DNA of 64,000 nucleotides from NCBI RefSeq assembly GCF_009914755.1, contig NC_060938.1, one strand, 5' to 3'. The notes below the pieces were generated by a model that saw only the letters and a list, made by a program, of their open reading frames with translations, had not been told where the DNA came from and ran no database searches. Source of the DNA: the human T2T-CHM13v2.0 reference genome, Homo sapiens. This document shows, piece by piece, positions 13,838 to 27,835 of this stretch. Every line of letters begins with the position of its first letter. Positions within the stretch are counted from its first letter, which is position 1. The translations under genes and the position numbers were made by a program.

Positions 13838-14521
13838 TCATAGCCAGGAAAACATAAAACCTCAAACTAAAGGCCTATACACTTGAGTTCCTATTATTGA
13901 TGCATCGTGTTCAGCTTTCTACAAGAAAAAAACACAATGTGAAGAGACAAAACAAGGCAGAGATTTTGGAATTGTCAGGCTGCAAATTTTAAATAACTAC
14001 AATTAATATACTACAGACTTTAATGAGTGAAGTGAAAAATGCAAAGACAGATGAATAATGTAATCAAAGGGGGTACAAATTCTAAGACAGAATCCAAAGA
14101 AAATGCTAGAAAAAAAAAACACTTAAACAAAAATGAAAAACTTGGATGTGCTCAGCAACATAGTGGACAACCAAAAGAAACAATTAATAATCTTCGAGAT
14201 ATGTCAAGAGAAGCTTCCCAAACTAAAATGCAAGGAGAAAAAAGAATGAAAACATGTTAAACAGAATAGCCAAGAACCATGGGACAATTATTAAGATACA
14301 ATATATGTGTATGGGACAGAAAAAGACAAGAAAGAGAAAGGAGTAGAAAAAACATGTTTGAAGCAATAATCATTCAGAATATTCTGAAATTAAACACAGA
14401 AACCAAACCACAAATCCAGGAATCTCAGAGAACCTCAAAAAGAATAAATACCAAAAAAGATACACCTATGACTATCATATTTAAGGTGCAGAAAACCACA
14501 GTGAGAAAGAGAGAAGAGAAA

Positions 14522-17500
14522 TTTCTTTTTTAACTGATATTTTAAGTTCAGGAGAACAAGTGCAAGAGTATTATATAGGGAAATTTGTGTCATGGGGGTT
14601 TGTTGTACACACTATTTCATCACCCAGGTATTTAGCCAAATACCCATTAGTTGTTTTTCATGATCCTCTCCCTCCTCCCACCCTCCATGCTCAAGCAGGC
14701 CTCAGTGTGTGTCGATACCCTCTATGTGTCCATGTGTTAACACTAAGCTGCCACTTATTAGTAAGAACATGTGGTATATGGTTTTCTATTCCTGTATTAG
14801 TTTGCTAAGGATAATGGCCTCCAGTTCCATCTGTGTCCCTGCAAAGGACGTGATCTCATTCTTTTTTATGGCTGCATAGTATTCCATGGTGTATATGTAC
14901 CACATTTTCTTTATCCATTCTATCATTGGTGGGCATTTAGGTTGATTCCATGTCCTTGCTCTTGTGAATAGTGCTGCAATGAATATATGTGTGCATGTGT
15001 CTTTATAAAAGAATGATTTATATTCCTTTGGGTATATACCCAGTAATGGGATTGCTGGGTCCAATGGTATTTCTGTCTTTAGGTCTTTGAGGAATCGCCA
15101 CACTGTCTTCCATAATGGCTGAACTAATTTACACTCCTACCAACAGTATAAGTGTTCCCTTTTTACCACAACCTTGCCAGCATCTGTAATTTTTTTGACT
15201 TTTTACTAATCGCCATTCTGACTCATGTGAAATGGTATCTTGCTGTGGTTTTGATTTGCATTTCTCTAATGATCAGTAATGTTGAACTTTTTTTCACATG
15301 CTTGTTGGCCATATGTATGTCTTCTTTTGAAGGTGTCTATTCATAAACTTTTCCCACTTTTTTATGGGGTTGTTTTTCTTGTAAATTAGTTTAACTTCCT
15401 TATGGATGCTGGATATTAGATCTTTGTTTCTATAGGTTGTATGTTTACTCTGTTGATAATTTCTTTGGCTGTACAGAAGCTCTTTTTTAGTTAAATTAGA
15501 TCTCACTTGTCAATTTTTACTTTTGTTGCAATTGCTTTTGGTGTCTTTTTCATGAAATCTTTGCCCGTGCCTATGTCCTGAATGGTATTGCCTAGGTTGC
15601 TTTTCAGGGTTTTAATAGTTTTGGGTTTTACATGTAAGTATTTAATTGATCTTGAGTTAATTTTTGTATATGGTATAAGGAAGTGTCAAGTTTCAATCTT
15701 TTGCACGTGGCTAGGCAGTTATCCCAGAACTGTTTATTGAATAGGGATTCTTTTCCCCATGGCTTGTTTTTGTCAGGTTTGTCAAAGATCAGATAGTTGT
15801 AGGTGTGTGGTCTTATTTATGCGCTCTGCCTTCTGTTCCTTTGGTCTCTCTGTCTGTTTTTATACCAGTACCATGCTGTTTTGGTTACTGTAACCCCATA
15901 GGATAGTTTGAAGTCAGAAAGCTTGATGTCTTCAGCTTTGTTCTCTTTGCTTAGGATTACCTTTGCTATTCGGGCTCTTTTTTTTGTTCCATATGAATTT
16001 TAAAATACTTTTTTTCTAGTTCTGTGAAGAATTTCAGTGGTAGTTTAATGAGAATTTTATTTAATCTATAAATTGCTTTGGGCAGTATGGCCATTTTAAT
16101 GATACTGATTCTTTCTATCCATGAGCATGGAATGTGTTTCCTTTTGTTTGTGTCATCTTTAACTTCTTTGAGCAGTGCTTTATAGTTCTCCTTGTAGAGA
16201 TCTTTCATCTCCCCAGTTAGCTGTTTTCCTAGGTATTTTATTCTTTTTGTGGCAAGTGTGAATGGGAGTTCATTACTGATTTGGCTCTTGGCTTGACCGT
16301 TTTAGGTCTATAGGAATGCTAGTGATTTTTGCACACTGATTTTGTGTCCTGAGACTTTGCTGAAGTTTTTTCTTTTATCAGGTTAGAAAGCTTTTGGGCT
16401 AAGACAATGGGTTTCTATAGATATAGGATCATACTTTCTGCATACAGGGATAGTTTGACTTCCTCTCATCTTATTTGAATGCGCTTTATTTCCTTCTCTT
16501 GCCTGATTGCCCTGGCCAGAACTTCCAGTACTCCTACATTGAACAGGAGTATTGAGAGATGGCATCCTTGTCTTGTGTCGGTTTTCAAGGGGAATGCTTA
16601 CAGCTTTTGCCTTTTCAGTATGATGTTGGGTGTGGGATTTGTTATATATGACTCTTATTATTTTGAGGTATGTTCCTTCAATACCTGGATTATTGAGAGT
16701 TTTTTAACATGAATGGATGTTGATTTTAATTGAAAGTTTTTTCTGCATGTGAGGTTTTTGTCTCTAGTTGTATTTATGTGATGTATCACATTTATTGATT
16801 TGTTTATGTTGAACCAGGCTTGCATGCCGAGGATGAAGCCTACTTGATCATGGTGGATAAGCTTTTTGATGTGCTGCTGGATTCAGTTTGCCAGTATTTC
16901 ATTGAGGATTTTTGCAATGATGTTCCTCAGGGATATTTGTCTGAAGTTTTCTTTTTTCTTGTATCTCTGCCAGGTTTTGGTATTAGGATAATGCTGGCCT
17001 CACAGAATGAGTTAAGGAGGAGTGCTTCCTCCTCAATATTTTGGAATAGTTTCAGAAGAAATAGTGCCAGCTATCTTTGTACATCTTGTAGAATTTAGCT
17101 GTCAATCTGTCTGGTCCTGGCCTGTTTTTTGGTTGGTAGGCTATTTATTACTCCCTCAATTTCAGAATTAATTAGTGGTCCATTCAGGGATTCAATTTCT
17201 TCCTGGTTCAGTCTTGGGAGGGTGTCCCAGGAATTTATTTATTTGTTTCCTGTGTCCAGGAATTTATTAATTTCTTCTAGATTTTCTAGTGTATGTGTAT
17301 AGAAGTGTTCATAATATTCTCTGATTTTTTTTGTATCTCTGTGAGGTCAGTGGTAATATCCTCCTTGTCATTTCTGATCGTGTTTTTTGAATCCCTCTCT
17401 TCTTCACTGGTGTAGCCAGCAGTCTATCTATTTTATTATTCTTTCCAAAAAAACAGCTCCTGAATTCATTGATCTTTTGGATGTTTTTTCATGTCTCTGT

Positions 17501-17690
17501 CTCCTTCAGTTCAGCTCTGATTTTGGTTATTTCTTGTCTTCTTCTAGCTTTGAGATTTGTTTGCTCTTGGTTCTCTAGTTATTTTAGTTGTGATGCTAGG
17601 TTGTTAACTTGAGATCTCTCTAACTTTTTGATGTGGGCATTTAGTGCTATAAATGTTCCTCTTAACACTGCCTTAGCTGTGTCCCAGAGA
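14522..17690 (-). mobile_element. 5'-truncated older L1PA (about PA10-13), ~3.2 kb
   Basis: 3'UTR ggggtttgttgtac...ttcatcacccaggtatt; broken ORF2 peptides at 14786-15103, 15294-15506 and 15966-16208. Confidence 0.9.
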
Positions 17691-17736
17691 AAAATTTAAA
17701 ATAACTCAGAGGAAAACAAAAATGCCTTATCTATTT

Positions 17737-18288
17737 TGTTGGTTAATTTTGTGTGTCAACCTGACTAGATCATGTGGTGCATATATATTTACTCAAACAT
17801 TATTATGAGTGTTTCTGTGAGGGTTTTGTTGGATGAGATTTACATTTAAGTTAGTAGACTGAGTAAAGCAGATTGCTCTCCACAATGTGGATGGGCCTCA
17901 TCTAATGCATTGAAAGTCTAAATGGAATGAAAAGGCTGACTCTCCCTTGATTTTGAAAGGGTTTTTCCTATCCAAGTGCTTCTAGCTGGAATATCAGTTT
18001 CTTCCTGCCCCTGGATCCAAAATGAAATATCAACTCTTTCTGAGTCTCGAGTCTTCCAGAATTAGGATTGGAACTACACCATCAACTTTCCTGGATTGCT
18101 GGCTTGTCACCCTCCATAACCACAAATTATGTGATCCCATTTCTTATAATGAAACTCCATATTATAATGAATGTATATTATAATATATAATAATAAATAT
18201 ATTTTACATAAAATTATTTTTATATATGTATGTGTATATATGTACATATACACACACATCTCCTGTGATTCTGTTTTTCTGGAGAACA
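17737..18288 (+). mobile_element. MLT2 (ERVL) LTR with an internal AT microsatellite
   Basis: ggttaattttgtgtgtcaacctgact...gagtaaagcagattgctctc...ttctgtttttctggagaac. Confidence 0.85.
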
Positions 18289-18569
18289 ATTTTTAATAGG
18301 TAGAGGAATAAGACTAAGAATTACATCAGACTTCTCTTTAGAAACCATGCAAGCAAGAAGAGGGTGGAGTGAAATACCTAAATGTTGAAAAAAACCCACC
18401 AACTTAGAATTTTATATCTAAGTGAAGGAGTAACATAAACTTTTTCAGACAAATAAAAACTCAGAAGACTCTGTCACTAGTATGATTGCATAGTAAGAAA
18501 TATTTTTAAAAGTTATTTCGAGAAGGACAATGATATAGGTCAGAGACTGAGTTCTTAAATGAGTTCTAT

Positions 18570-19235
18570 AATTTCTCCTTGATCTTGGGATAGAGATGAA
18601 AATCCCTAATATGCCTACAGGGTCCTGAACACACTCTCCCTGATGACCACCCTAGCCTCTTCTGTAATCATATCCCTAAGTAAAAACCTACTAGAGTACA
18701 CTGTCATAGCAAAATGTACTTCCATTGCAAGACACTATTCATGGTTAATGTTTTTATTTACCATTAGACTATAAATTTTGTAAGAAAAGAGACAGTGTCT
18801 AAAATAAGGCACCATCGTTTCTCCAGTTTTCAACTCAATTTCTGATACGGAATGCCTTAATGCAGGGGTCCCCAACCCCTGGGCTTTGGACTGTTACTGG
18901 TCAGTGGCCTGTTAGGAACCAGGACACACAGCAGGAAGTGAGTTGACAGACCAGTGAGCATTGCCACCTTAGCTCTGCCTCCTGTCAGATTAGTGGTGGC
19001 ATTAGATTCTCATAGGAGCGTGAACCCTATTGTAAACTGTGTATGTGAGGGATCTAGGTTGTGCACTCGTTATGAGAATCTAATGCCTGATGATCTGAGG
19101 TGGAATAGTTTCATCCCAAAACCATCCCCCGCCCATGTCCATGGAAAAAATTGTCTTCCACGAAACCAGTCCTTGGTGCCAAAAATGTTGGGGATCACTG
19201 CCTTAACACATATTTGTTGAATCAATCAATCACTT
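18570..19235 (+). mobile_element. L2 3' fragment interrupted by MER1B
   Basis: ccattagactataaa...; terminus atatttgttgaatcaatcaat. Confidence 0.5.
18863..19200 (+). mobile_element. MER1B (hAT-Charlie MITE), complete
   Basis: TIRs caggggtccccaac / gttggggatcactg; 338 bp; 8-bp TSD ccttaatg / ccttaaca. Confidence 0.92.
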
Positions 19236-19347
19236 AATGACATTACTACTTTTTGACTAAAATGCTTCAAAGACTAGGCAAATGATAGCTATTTCCAGAT
19301 TAATTATATAACTACAGTGTCATCTCAGAAACTTGTAGTAGATTTTT

Positions 19348-19882
19348 TTATTACTCAGAGTTCTCCAGAAAAACAGGACCAAAAGGAGAGAGAGAGGGAG
19401 GTTATGAGGAATTAGCTCATATTATTAAGTAGGCTGAGAAGTTCCATGACCTACTGTCTGCAAGCTGGAGACACAGGCAAGGCAGTGGTGTAGTTCCAGT
19501 CAGAGTTCAAAAGCTTGACAACAAGGACAACCAATGGTATGATTTCTAGTCTAAGTCCAAAGGCCTCAGAACCAGAGGGCTGATAGTGTAAGTCCCAGTC
19601 CAACAGCAAGAAAAGACAAATGTCCCAGCTCATGTCCCAGCTCAAACAGTCAGGGAGAAAGAAAATTGTCCCTTGTATAATCTTTTTGTTTTGTTCAGGA
19701 CTTTGATAGACTGGATGAAGCCCACTCACACTGGCCTGGGTAATCAATTTTACTCAGTCCACAGATCCAAATGCTAATCTCTTCCAGAAACACTCTCACC
19801 GACAGACCAAGAAATAATGTTTAACCAGATATCTGGGCATCCCATGTCCCAGTCATGTTGACACATAAAATTAACCACTATA
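19348..19882 (-). mobile_element. MLT2B-type LTR
   Basis: gttctccagaaaaacag...ggctgagaagttccatga...ccagtcatgttgacacataaaattaacca. Confidence 0.85.
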
Positions 19883-19924
19883 CATTTGGATAGGCCATTT
19901 ATTTATTTTAAGGAAAAATATTAC

Positions 19925-20195
19925 AAACTGGGGACTCATTAAATATGGCCCTTCAACAATTTTGGTTTGGCCTACAAATTGTTTTAAAAATTAGTCAATT
20001 TCTGAAGAAATTCTAAAAATTAGTACATCTTCTATGGGGTATCCAGATTACTATTTATATATAAAAAGTAGAAGATCTGGCAAAATAGCATTTATGTTCT
20101 CACATGGCAACATGTGACTTCAGTTTACTACAGTTCCTGATACCTTTTGCCTGTTTAATTTACTGCTCCTATCTTTAGAGAAATTTTGGTTTGTT
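19925..20195. mobile_element. MER102-like hAT remnant
   Basis: ttttggtttggcc...tccagatt...agaagatctggcaa motifs. Confidence 0.4.
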
Positions 20196-21274
20196 AGTAA
20201 ACTTTTATAAAACTTGAGGTTTTATAAAAATGGATTATTACTCAGAATTTTTGAGCTATGGAAGATGCTTTAATTATTTGATAATTTTGCCTGAGGTAGA
20301 AAAACATCAATCTTTGGTACAAGAGAATATCCAAATTATGATTTTAAAGTATGCATTCTTAATATCAATCTTGTTTCCCAAAAAAAGGGTAGCAAAAAAT
20401 GACCTGTAGTATCATTGATTATGGCTCTGCTCATAGTCAGGTGGGAAAATACTTCTTTCCATTCTATAGGATTTTCCTGGTAAAAGCCATTTCCTTTATA
20501 TATTTCTCTAACTGAAAGGAAAACAATGTGTCCGGCTCAATGTTTAATATCCTTTAATTCTTGGCACACTGCCTGCATGGAGTAAATACCTAATAAATAT
20601 TTGTTTCAAGGTATATAAAAAGGTAACATTCAGTGATTCTTAGTAGTTAGAAAACTATTTGGGGGTTAGAAAATTAGCTTTAATTATATTCAGAAGCATT
20701 TATCAATATGTTTGTAACTTTCTCATCATTGCCAGTAGAATAAAGTAACTTTTAGAGATGGCCGAATGGTTGAAAGAATTGATTGAACAGATATGACTTG
20801 CTGAAAAATACGTACTTTTCCAGTTCTCACCAGTTCTCAAACAGTAATTGTCCATTGTAAAAACACATTACGGAAAACAGTGTGATTCTATAAATTGCTT
20901 TTAAAAGAGTTACATAGGCACCTGATATTTGGAACTGATTGGCCAGTTGAGTGTTTTCAAGTGAGTCAGCTTTCAATCTCCTGAAAAGCCAATTGCATCC
21001 AAAATAAAGGTATGGACTCTAGGCTGATAGAAATGGATCACTTTAGCAGAAGATTAAAGGCTGACTTGAACAAGGACTTCAAGAAAAACAAGGAAACAAG
21101 AATTTGAATAGTTGTCCTAGAACTAATGATTTCAGCTTTATCTTTAACTTTCCCACCTACAAATGGATTGTTATATAAATATTTCTTCCTCCAAAAGTTC
21201 TTTATTCTACTACATATATTCCAAGTTATTGAAAGCAAATTAACTGAAGACACTGAAGACCATGGATGTGTTGT

Positions 21275-21472
21275 TCCCACATTGGCACAGACTAGAACTA
21301 GCTGGGAGATTAAGAAAGAAAAAATTGGCTGTCCAGGTCCTATCTGTAGATACTCTGATTTGACTGATCTGAATGTGCAGCTTGAGGATGGATATTTTCT
21401 TTTTCTACCTGTCCCTGTCCCAGTTTTTTTTTTTTTTTTTAGTGTGTACCCACACTTTGAGAACCACTGTTC
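21275..21472. mobile_element. MER5-type DNA transposon remnant
   Basis: agatactctgatt...tttgagaaccactg terminus. Confidence 0.55.
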
Positions 21473-22296
21473 TAATTCATGATCCTTAAAATTCCATTAA
21501 TATTCATGCCCTAGAATTTCTTAACTTCTTTCACTTGTAGATGAAAACAAAAGATACTTACTTTGCTTCAGATCTCAAGGATTTGAAGAATATAAATATA
21601 TAGTCTTATATCAAGAATGGCCTAGGCAAAGATTATTTTAAATCAGATGTTAGCAATGTATTGTTGTATCATATTTTCTTGACTATCCTATTTCTCTCAA
21701 CCTTTGAGAGACAAAGAAATAGAGAGAGACAGACAGACAGACAGAGATCATTTCATCCCACCATTTCCAAACACCCATGTATATATATCCTAAATATATC
21801 CATAGCTTCTGGTTTCATATAAGATTTGAATCAAATTTTTTTCCCACTCAGAATAACCACATCAACAAAAGCAAATGTTTATTTCTCACTCTGAATATTT
21901 CATTGCTGAACTTTCAACAGCTTATATGTTACAAAATCGCCCCACGTCTAACCTCAAATATTATTTTTACAAGCTACTATTGAATTGAAAAAGCGCTTTA
22001 AACACAGTGAGACTTTCTTACTCACAGAGAAACAAAAATCCCTGAATGACTATAGAGAATAAAAATTCTCCAACCTATCAAGGAAAACTTATCTTCATGA
22101 CTGGTGCCTCTCATGATAGCAATGATAGCACAATAGCACCCTCTTGACCAATTTTCAGATTTGAAAAAGTCTTAACACAATTTGAATTATGCCTCTGTAG
22201 CAAAGTGAAAGGGTGTATTTTAATTTTGAAACGTACTTTTACCAGGCAGAATGAAAAATGATGTTACTCAAGATGAACGGAGGCAACATTCTAGAG

Positions 22297-22482
22297 CAGC
22301 AATTCTCCAGGTGTGATCCCCAACCAAAAACGTCAGTGTCATCACTGAACTCAGAAGCCCAAATTCTCAGGCTTCACTATAGACATATTGAATCAGAATC
22401 TCTGGGAGGATGGCCCAGCAATCTGTGTTTTAACAAGGTTCCAGATGATTCTGATACATGTTAAGCTGTTATAAGTACTATT
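22297..22482. mobile_element. MER5A
   Basis: cagcaattctc...tgaatcagaatctctggg...cccagcaatctgtgttttaacaag...gatgattctgat. Confidence 0.75.
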
Positions 22483-23484
22483 CTAAAAAGAAGATATTCC
22501 CCTGATACCTACAGTAAGCTAAATTCAACCCATGTCAAAGTGAGGGAAGCCTCAGGTAGATATTCTTTTGGGGTCTTGATACCCTCATGGAATTGTGAAG
22601 TCTAAAAAAAACCAGTTACTCAATGTAAAGAAAAACAAACCAATAAGACAGAGATTGAAGGGTCAAACTATAGGTTGCTATACTCAGGAATGTGTCATTG
22701 TGCTTACATAGCAAGTAACACGGAGTTCATCTTTCTGTACCGTGAAAAGATTCTTTTTAAGTTGTACCCAACGTGGGACTTAATCTTTCTGTCACAAAAA
22801 ATTGAATTATAATCTCACCCTTCTCTGTAGCTCCATCAGACCTTACAGGAAGCTGTCCAGGGACACAAACATTTCTCTGAGAGACACAAAACAGAATATC
22901 ACAGTGCCAGCCTAGTAGACAACATTTCCAGGAAATAATTCACCCAGAAAAGGCATCTTCAGAGTGCCCAGAAGAAAAAAGTTACCAGTATGAGTTCTAC
23001 AAAACTAAAAACCAAGTGACTCAAGCTCAAGAAATGTAATCAAAAAAAATCTTTTATTTACACTCACCTCCCTGTAAAAACGAAAAGCAAAACCCAAGTG
23101 GCTCCTTTCTGAGTCCAGTTATAAAAAAATCTTAGTCTATAATGCGGATATGGAAAAAGGACTGAATATTCTCTGCAAATAAGATACAAGATGATTAGAC
23201 ACCTTTGTCCACTGACAGAAAGGAACAGAGAACCTTCCCACCTCTGGCTAAGTGGATTTTGTCAATTCTAGTTTAGTAGGATAGTCTTTATACATACCAT
23301 CTATTTTGTTTTCTCCTTGGTAATCCTTCTGACCTGTACATCTCCCATTGTTTGAATACATTTAGTAGCTAAAAATGACACAAAGAACCCAGTAAAAAAT
23401 ATAATTGAGTCCTTGATTGAACATAATAGTTTTGAAAACTCTTACTTTCAAATGCAAAACCTGAGCTTCTTCAGAAAATAAATT

Positions 23485-23524
<40 letters not shown>
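23485..23524. repeat. Interrupted (CA)n microsatellite
   Basis: Direct reading. Confidence 0.9.
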
Positions 23525-24269
23525 CTCAAAAAACTTTGCATTCCAAAATTCAAAGTGGCAAACTGCAGAAAATAAACTTTATAATATAAGCCATAGGGTA
23601 GGAAAGAATGCTGTCAGAAATTGTTTAATAGAAATGTATGTGACATCGAAAAAGGAAATTGAGGGTTCAAGTAAATTTAAGGCATATGTCAAGAATATAC
23701 ATGGGAATATTTATCTCAGAAGAAAACCATGAAAACATCTCTAGCTAAATCCAAGTTCAGTAACGGAGTTAATAAACAACACAGGTACATTTGGGGCATA
23801 GGTACTAGAGCATAAACAACTGGCTTCCTTAAAAAGCTTACTTAAAAAGCTGCAAGTATTATCACCAAGTCTTACACTCAAATAGTAGAGAAAAAGTGGC
23901 AGTAGAAATTCTTTAGGTGGACGCACTGGATACAATCTCATAGCATCTCTTAAATTCAAGATTAGTCCAAGGATAATAGCTAAGAATTCTCAAATACTAC
24001 CCACTAATAGGTGAAAACCAGTAAGAGCTCCCAAATACCATTCATATAGTGGCTTAGAGGACTAGCATGTTGGGAGAAATTTTATTATTTGGATGGAAAG
24101 GACCTGCCAAGATATGACCACTCAAAGTCACGACAAGACTTCACAAGTGATACATTGGGGATAGAAGCCAAAATCCTGAAACTAAATGGAATGTGACTGC
24201 CCCCCGCCCCCACCATAAAGCTAATAGAAGGCAAAGGAAATAAGAAATAGACACTCAAGAAAAACTGAG

Positions 24270-24835
24270 TGTCTATTTAGGATGGTGAATATGATTGACC
24301 ATGGCATTAAACCTTGATGAGGGATCAGATGATGGTGAGAGCTGGAGTACTAGAGAAAGTGATATATAAAGAGAGGAAATGGTGGTCAGAGAGTGAAATA
24401 CTTGAGGTTGAGATGATAGAGGGGCTGTAATTCTTGGTGACAGTTTTGGGTAACGACAAGGTATAGGATATTGCCAGGGGAAGAAGTGTCTGAGACAGGA
24501 AGGAGTACAAGATGCAAAACAATGTTAAGAAACTGAAACGTAAGCTATTAGAATAATCATTGATTTTAGAATTCCAAGAATTATATAGTCCTGTTGGAGA
24601 TATGAGTTTGAAAATCTTCAAGGAGTTAAAGGGCAGGGGCTGGTGGCAGTAAATCACCATGATAAGGAGGCTTAATGAGTGATTTAGTCTGATAATAGAA
24701 GAGATTCAAAGCTGTGTGGTTGACATGTTGGGAAATGGTCACAAGTGACAAAAAGGAGCACCATCCTTACAGTAACACAGTAGGGTGGGGGAAACCCAGT
24801 ACTTGAGAGGGCATCAGAGGAAGTAACGTCTTCAG
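24270..24835 (-). mobile_element. Probable L2 internal fragment
   Basis: Purine-rich decayed sequence typical of antisense L2 ORF2. Confidence 0.4.
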
Positions 24836-25044
24836 ATTAATAAACAGTGTTTTTTTTTCCCATTTGTTTAGATGTCCTTTAATATCTCAGCAAAGTTTTG
24901 TACTTTACAGAGTATAGATCTTGCACATTTTTTGCCAGACTTATCTCTAAGTATTTCAAACTTTTTAAATCTATTGCAAATGATAGTGTTTATTTAATTT
25001 AAATTTTTGATAATTGACTGCTTGTAGATTTTAAAGTGCGATTA

Positions 25045-25292
25045 AAAACACAAACATTTATTATCTTACAAATTTCTGAGGGCTAAGAATCCGGACGCAG
25101 TTTAGCTGTGTGATTTTCATTCAGAATGTTTCATGAGTTTGCTGTCAAAATGTTGACCAAACTCACATACTCTCAAGGCTTGACTGGGGCAGGAGAATAT
25201 ACATTCAAGCTCATTCAGCTCCTTTCAAGCACTGGAAAAAAAGCCTTAGTTCCTTGCCACTGGGGCCTCTCCATAGAGCAGCTCATAATATG
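25045..25292 (-). mobile_element. MLT1F/G-like LTR fragment, flanked by old L1M pieces (~24850-25030 and ~25470-25875)
   Basis: aaacatttattatct...aggcttgactggggc...gggcctctccatagagcagctc. Confidence 0.6.
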
Positions 25293-26524
25293 GGGGGACT
25301 CTGTTGGCTCTCAGAGACCCTGGAGACATTTCCTGGTCTCCTGAGCTCTGTCTCTGGAAGAGGGTGAAGTTTAAGATGACAGATCTCGGGATGAATCCCA
25401 GAGGTCTGTGCCATGAATATTGAGTACGAGCACATGGTTCAGAGTGCCTACACCACCCTCTGATCATTTGTAAGTCTCTTTTCTCTCTGTTTTATTTTGG
25501 ATACTTTTATTGTTATGTCTTCAATTTCACTAATCTTTTCTTCTGCAAGGTTAATATGTTGTTGATTCCATCCAAAGTATTTTTCCTATTGGATGTTGCA
25601 GGTTTTTTATCTCTAAAGTTTGACTTGAGTCATTTTTATATTTTTTGTGTCTCAGCTAACTTATTCAAATAGCTTATTGAGCATGGAATACAACTATAAA
25701 GCTGATTCACTGTCCTTGTTTACTGATTCTGTCGTCTGGGTCATTACTGGGTCAGCTTCAACTTATTGAGTTTTTCTCCTCATTCTGGGCCATATTTTAC
25801 TACTTCCTTCATGCATGATAATATTTTTATTGGACGTCAGACATTGTGGGTTTTATCTTGGTGGGTGCTGAAGAAACCTCCACTTTAGAACGTTTCACAA
25901 AGGCAATAGTGATACTGTCACACAATAAGTGGTGAAATCTGTATTTGAATTATCAAGTCTGCATCCAGAACTTGTGACCTATAACATTCCTTGCCATGTC
26001 TGTTTTTCCTTCTTGTATCTACTTGGCCTTTGGACCTGGCTATTAACAGCCATTACTGGCCTGTTCCTTTCTGCGCGCCAGAGTCTCTGTGTCATTAAAT
26101 AATGACTCTCTCTGAAACTAGAACACTGACATTCCTTTTATTTGAAATAACCTCAGATTCTAAACCTTGCACTTGTCTAGATCTTTTAAAAATGTATACA
26201 CTTCCCTGGATTTGTCACTCCTTCAGAATGCCTTGCATGTCAAGTACAATGATGTTAAGTAGAACATATGCTCAGCATGGACAAAAGCAGCTTTTGTTTT
26301 GGAAGCATTAATCTGAAGCTTGAAAAAAGAAAGAAATTCTGTAAGGATGTGACAAAGTGTAGGCACATAACATTTTGGCACCAAGAACATTTGGATGTAG
26401 TTGCTTTGAACTGGAGCTTTTTTGTCTCTGCCTTGGAAAAAAAGGAATAGATGAAAATTAAACATGCTAACGGTCAGATACACGAAACAATGGGGGTGTG
26501 CATGGGTTGAGCGGTAGAGGATTT

Positions 26525-27652
26525 TAGGGAAATATAATTTAAAAACAAAATCTTCTCAAAATCTGCCCCCCAACAAAAGGAAACCTTGATATGGTTTGAA
26601 TATTTGTCCCCTCAAAATCTCATATTGAAATGTGATCCTCAGTATTGGAGGTGAGGCCTGGTGGGAGGTGTTTGAGTCATGGGGGTAGATCCCTCATTGA
26701 TGGCTTAGCACCATCCTTTTGGTGATAAATGAGTTCTTGCTCTATTGCTTCACACAAGAGCTGGTAGTTAAAAAACAGCATGGCCTCTCCTCTCTCTCTT
26801 GCTCCCTCTCTTGTCATGTGAGATGCCTGCTCCTCCTTTACCTTCTGCCATGTGTCAAAGCTTTGTGAAGCCTCACCAGAAACCAAGCAGATGCTGGTGC
26901 CATGCTTGTACAGCCTGTAGAAACATAAGCCAAATAAACCTCTTTTCTTTATAAATTACCCAGTCTCAAGTGTTCCTTTATAACAATGCAAAACAAACTA
27001 ACACACCTCTCCAAAAAGCTAACAGAGACAGAAAATAGTTTTATTATTAAATAAGCATTAAATCAGAATTTCATATACATCACAGGCAATCCACCAAGAA
27101 ATTGTGAAGACAGAAAGAAATCTTACCCTTTTACATAGCTGAGCAGGTACAACCCATTTTGTACATGTTCTCAAGATTAACAGTAACTAATCCTCAAGTA
27201 AGAGGACTTGACACTTTTGTTACACACAATATATCCTAAATTCACTTGGTAGTTGGGGTAACTATGTGTGTTAGCTAGTTGTCTCTCACCAAAGGAAAAA
27301 TTAACTTCTTACATTTTTATTACAAGAGATAGTTCTGCAACTTGGAACAAGATCCTAAGTTAGATCCCACCCTCCCACAAAAATGGAGAGAGAAGGATGC
27401 TATCTTCTTTGATGTTTTACATGTCAAAGAAACTCAGGTTTTGAGAAAGACTTCCCTGGTTTATAAAGTTGACAAAAGTCCTACATAGTTTTCAAAAAGA
27501 TTTATATAAGTGTCAAAGAGAGGAGAAAATACTTATAATTGTAAGTTTCCTAAAGTGAATGGTGTAAGAAAAAGGGTGGGAGGGGAAATCTTTCCTCGTT
27601 TTCAACTGAGAGAATTTAGTTTTTTAAAAAAAGGTTTTTATTTTTCCTTAGA
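26525..27652 (-). mobile_element. ERV1-class solo LTR (family not determined) interrupted by MST
   Basis: ggggaaatataatttaaaaacaaaatct...gttttattattaaataagcattaa...ttttatttttcctta resembles an antisense MER4-group LTR. Confidence 0.55.
26587..27005 (+). mobile_element. MSTB-like MaLR solo LTR
   Basis: tgatatggtttgaatatttgtcccc...agcagatgctggtgccatgcttgtacagcctg...aataaacctcttttctttataaattacccagtctc...ctaacaca. Confidence 0.9.
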
Positions 27653-27667
27653 AGTGCAAACTTAAAT

Positions 27668-27835
27668 CTCATTCTCAAAGTGTGAGCTCCACGCCAGCAA
27701 CATCAGGATGACTTTGATATTTTGTTAGAAATGCAGAATTTCAGTCCTCACTTCATGCCTACTGAATAAGAAACTGCATTTTTAAAAACATCCCTCATTA
27801 ATTCCAATGCCCATTAATCTTTAAAAATCACAGTT
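27668..27835. mobile_element. MER5A1-like
   Basis: ttctcaaagtgtg...tgttagaaatgcagaatttcag...cctactgaat...ctgcattttt. Confidence 0.7.

Noticed and set aside
25246-25467. 73-aa ATG ORF in a GC-richer patch
   Set aside because: Lies between MLT1 and L1M remnants; no recognisable homology.
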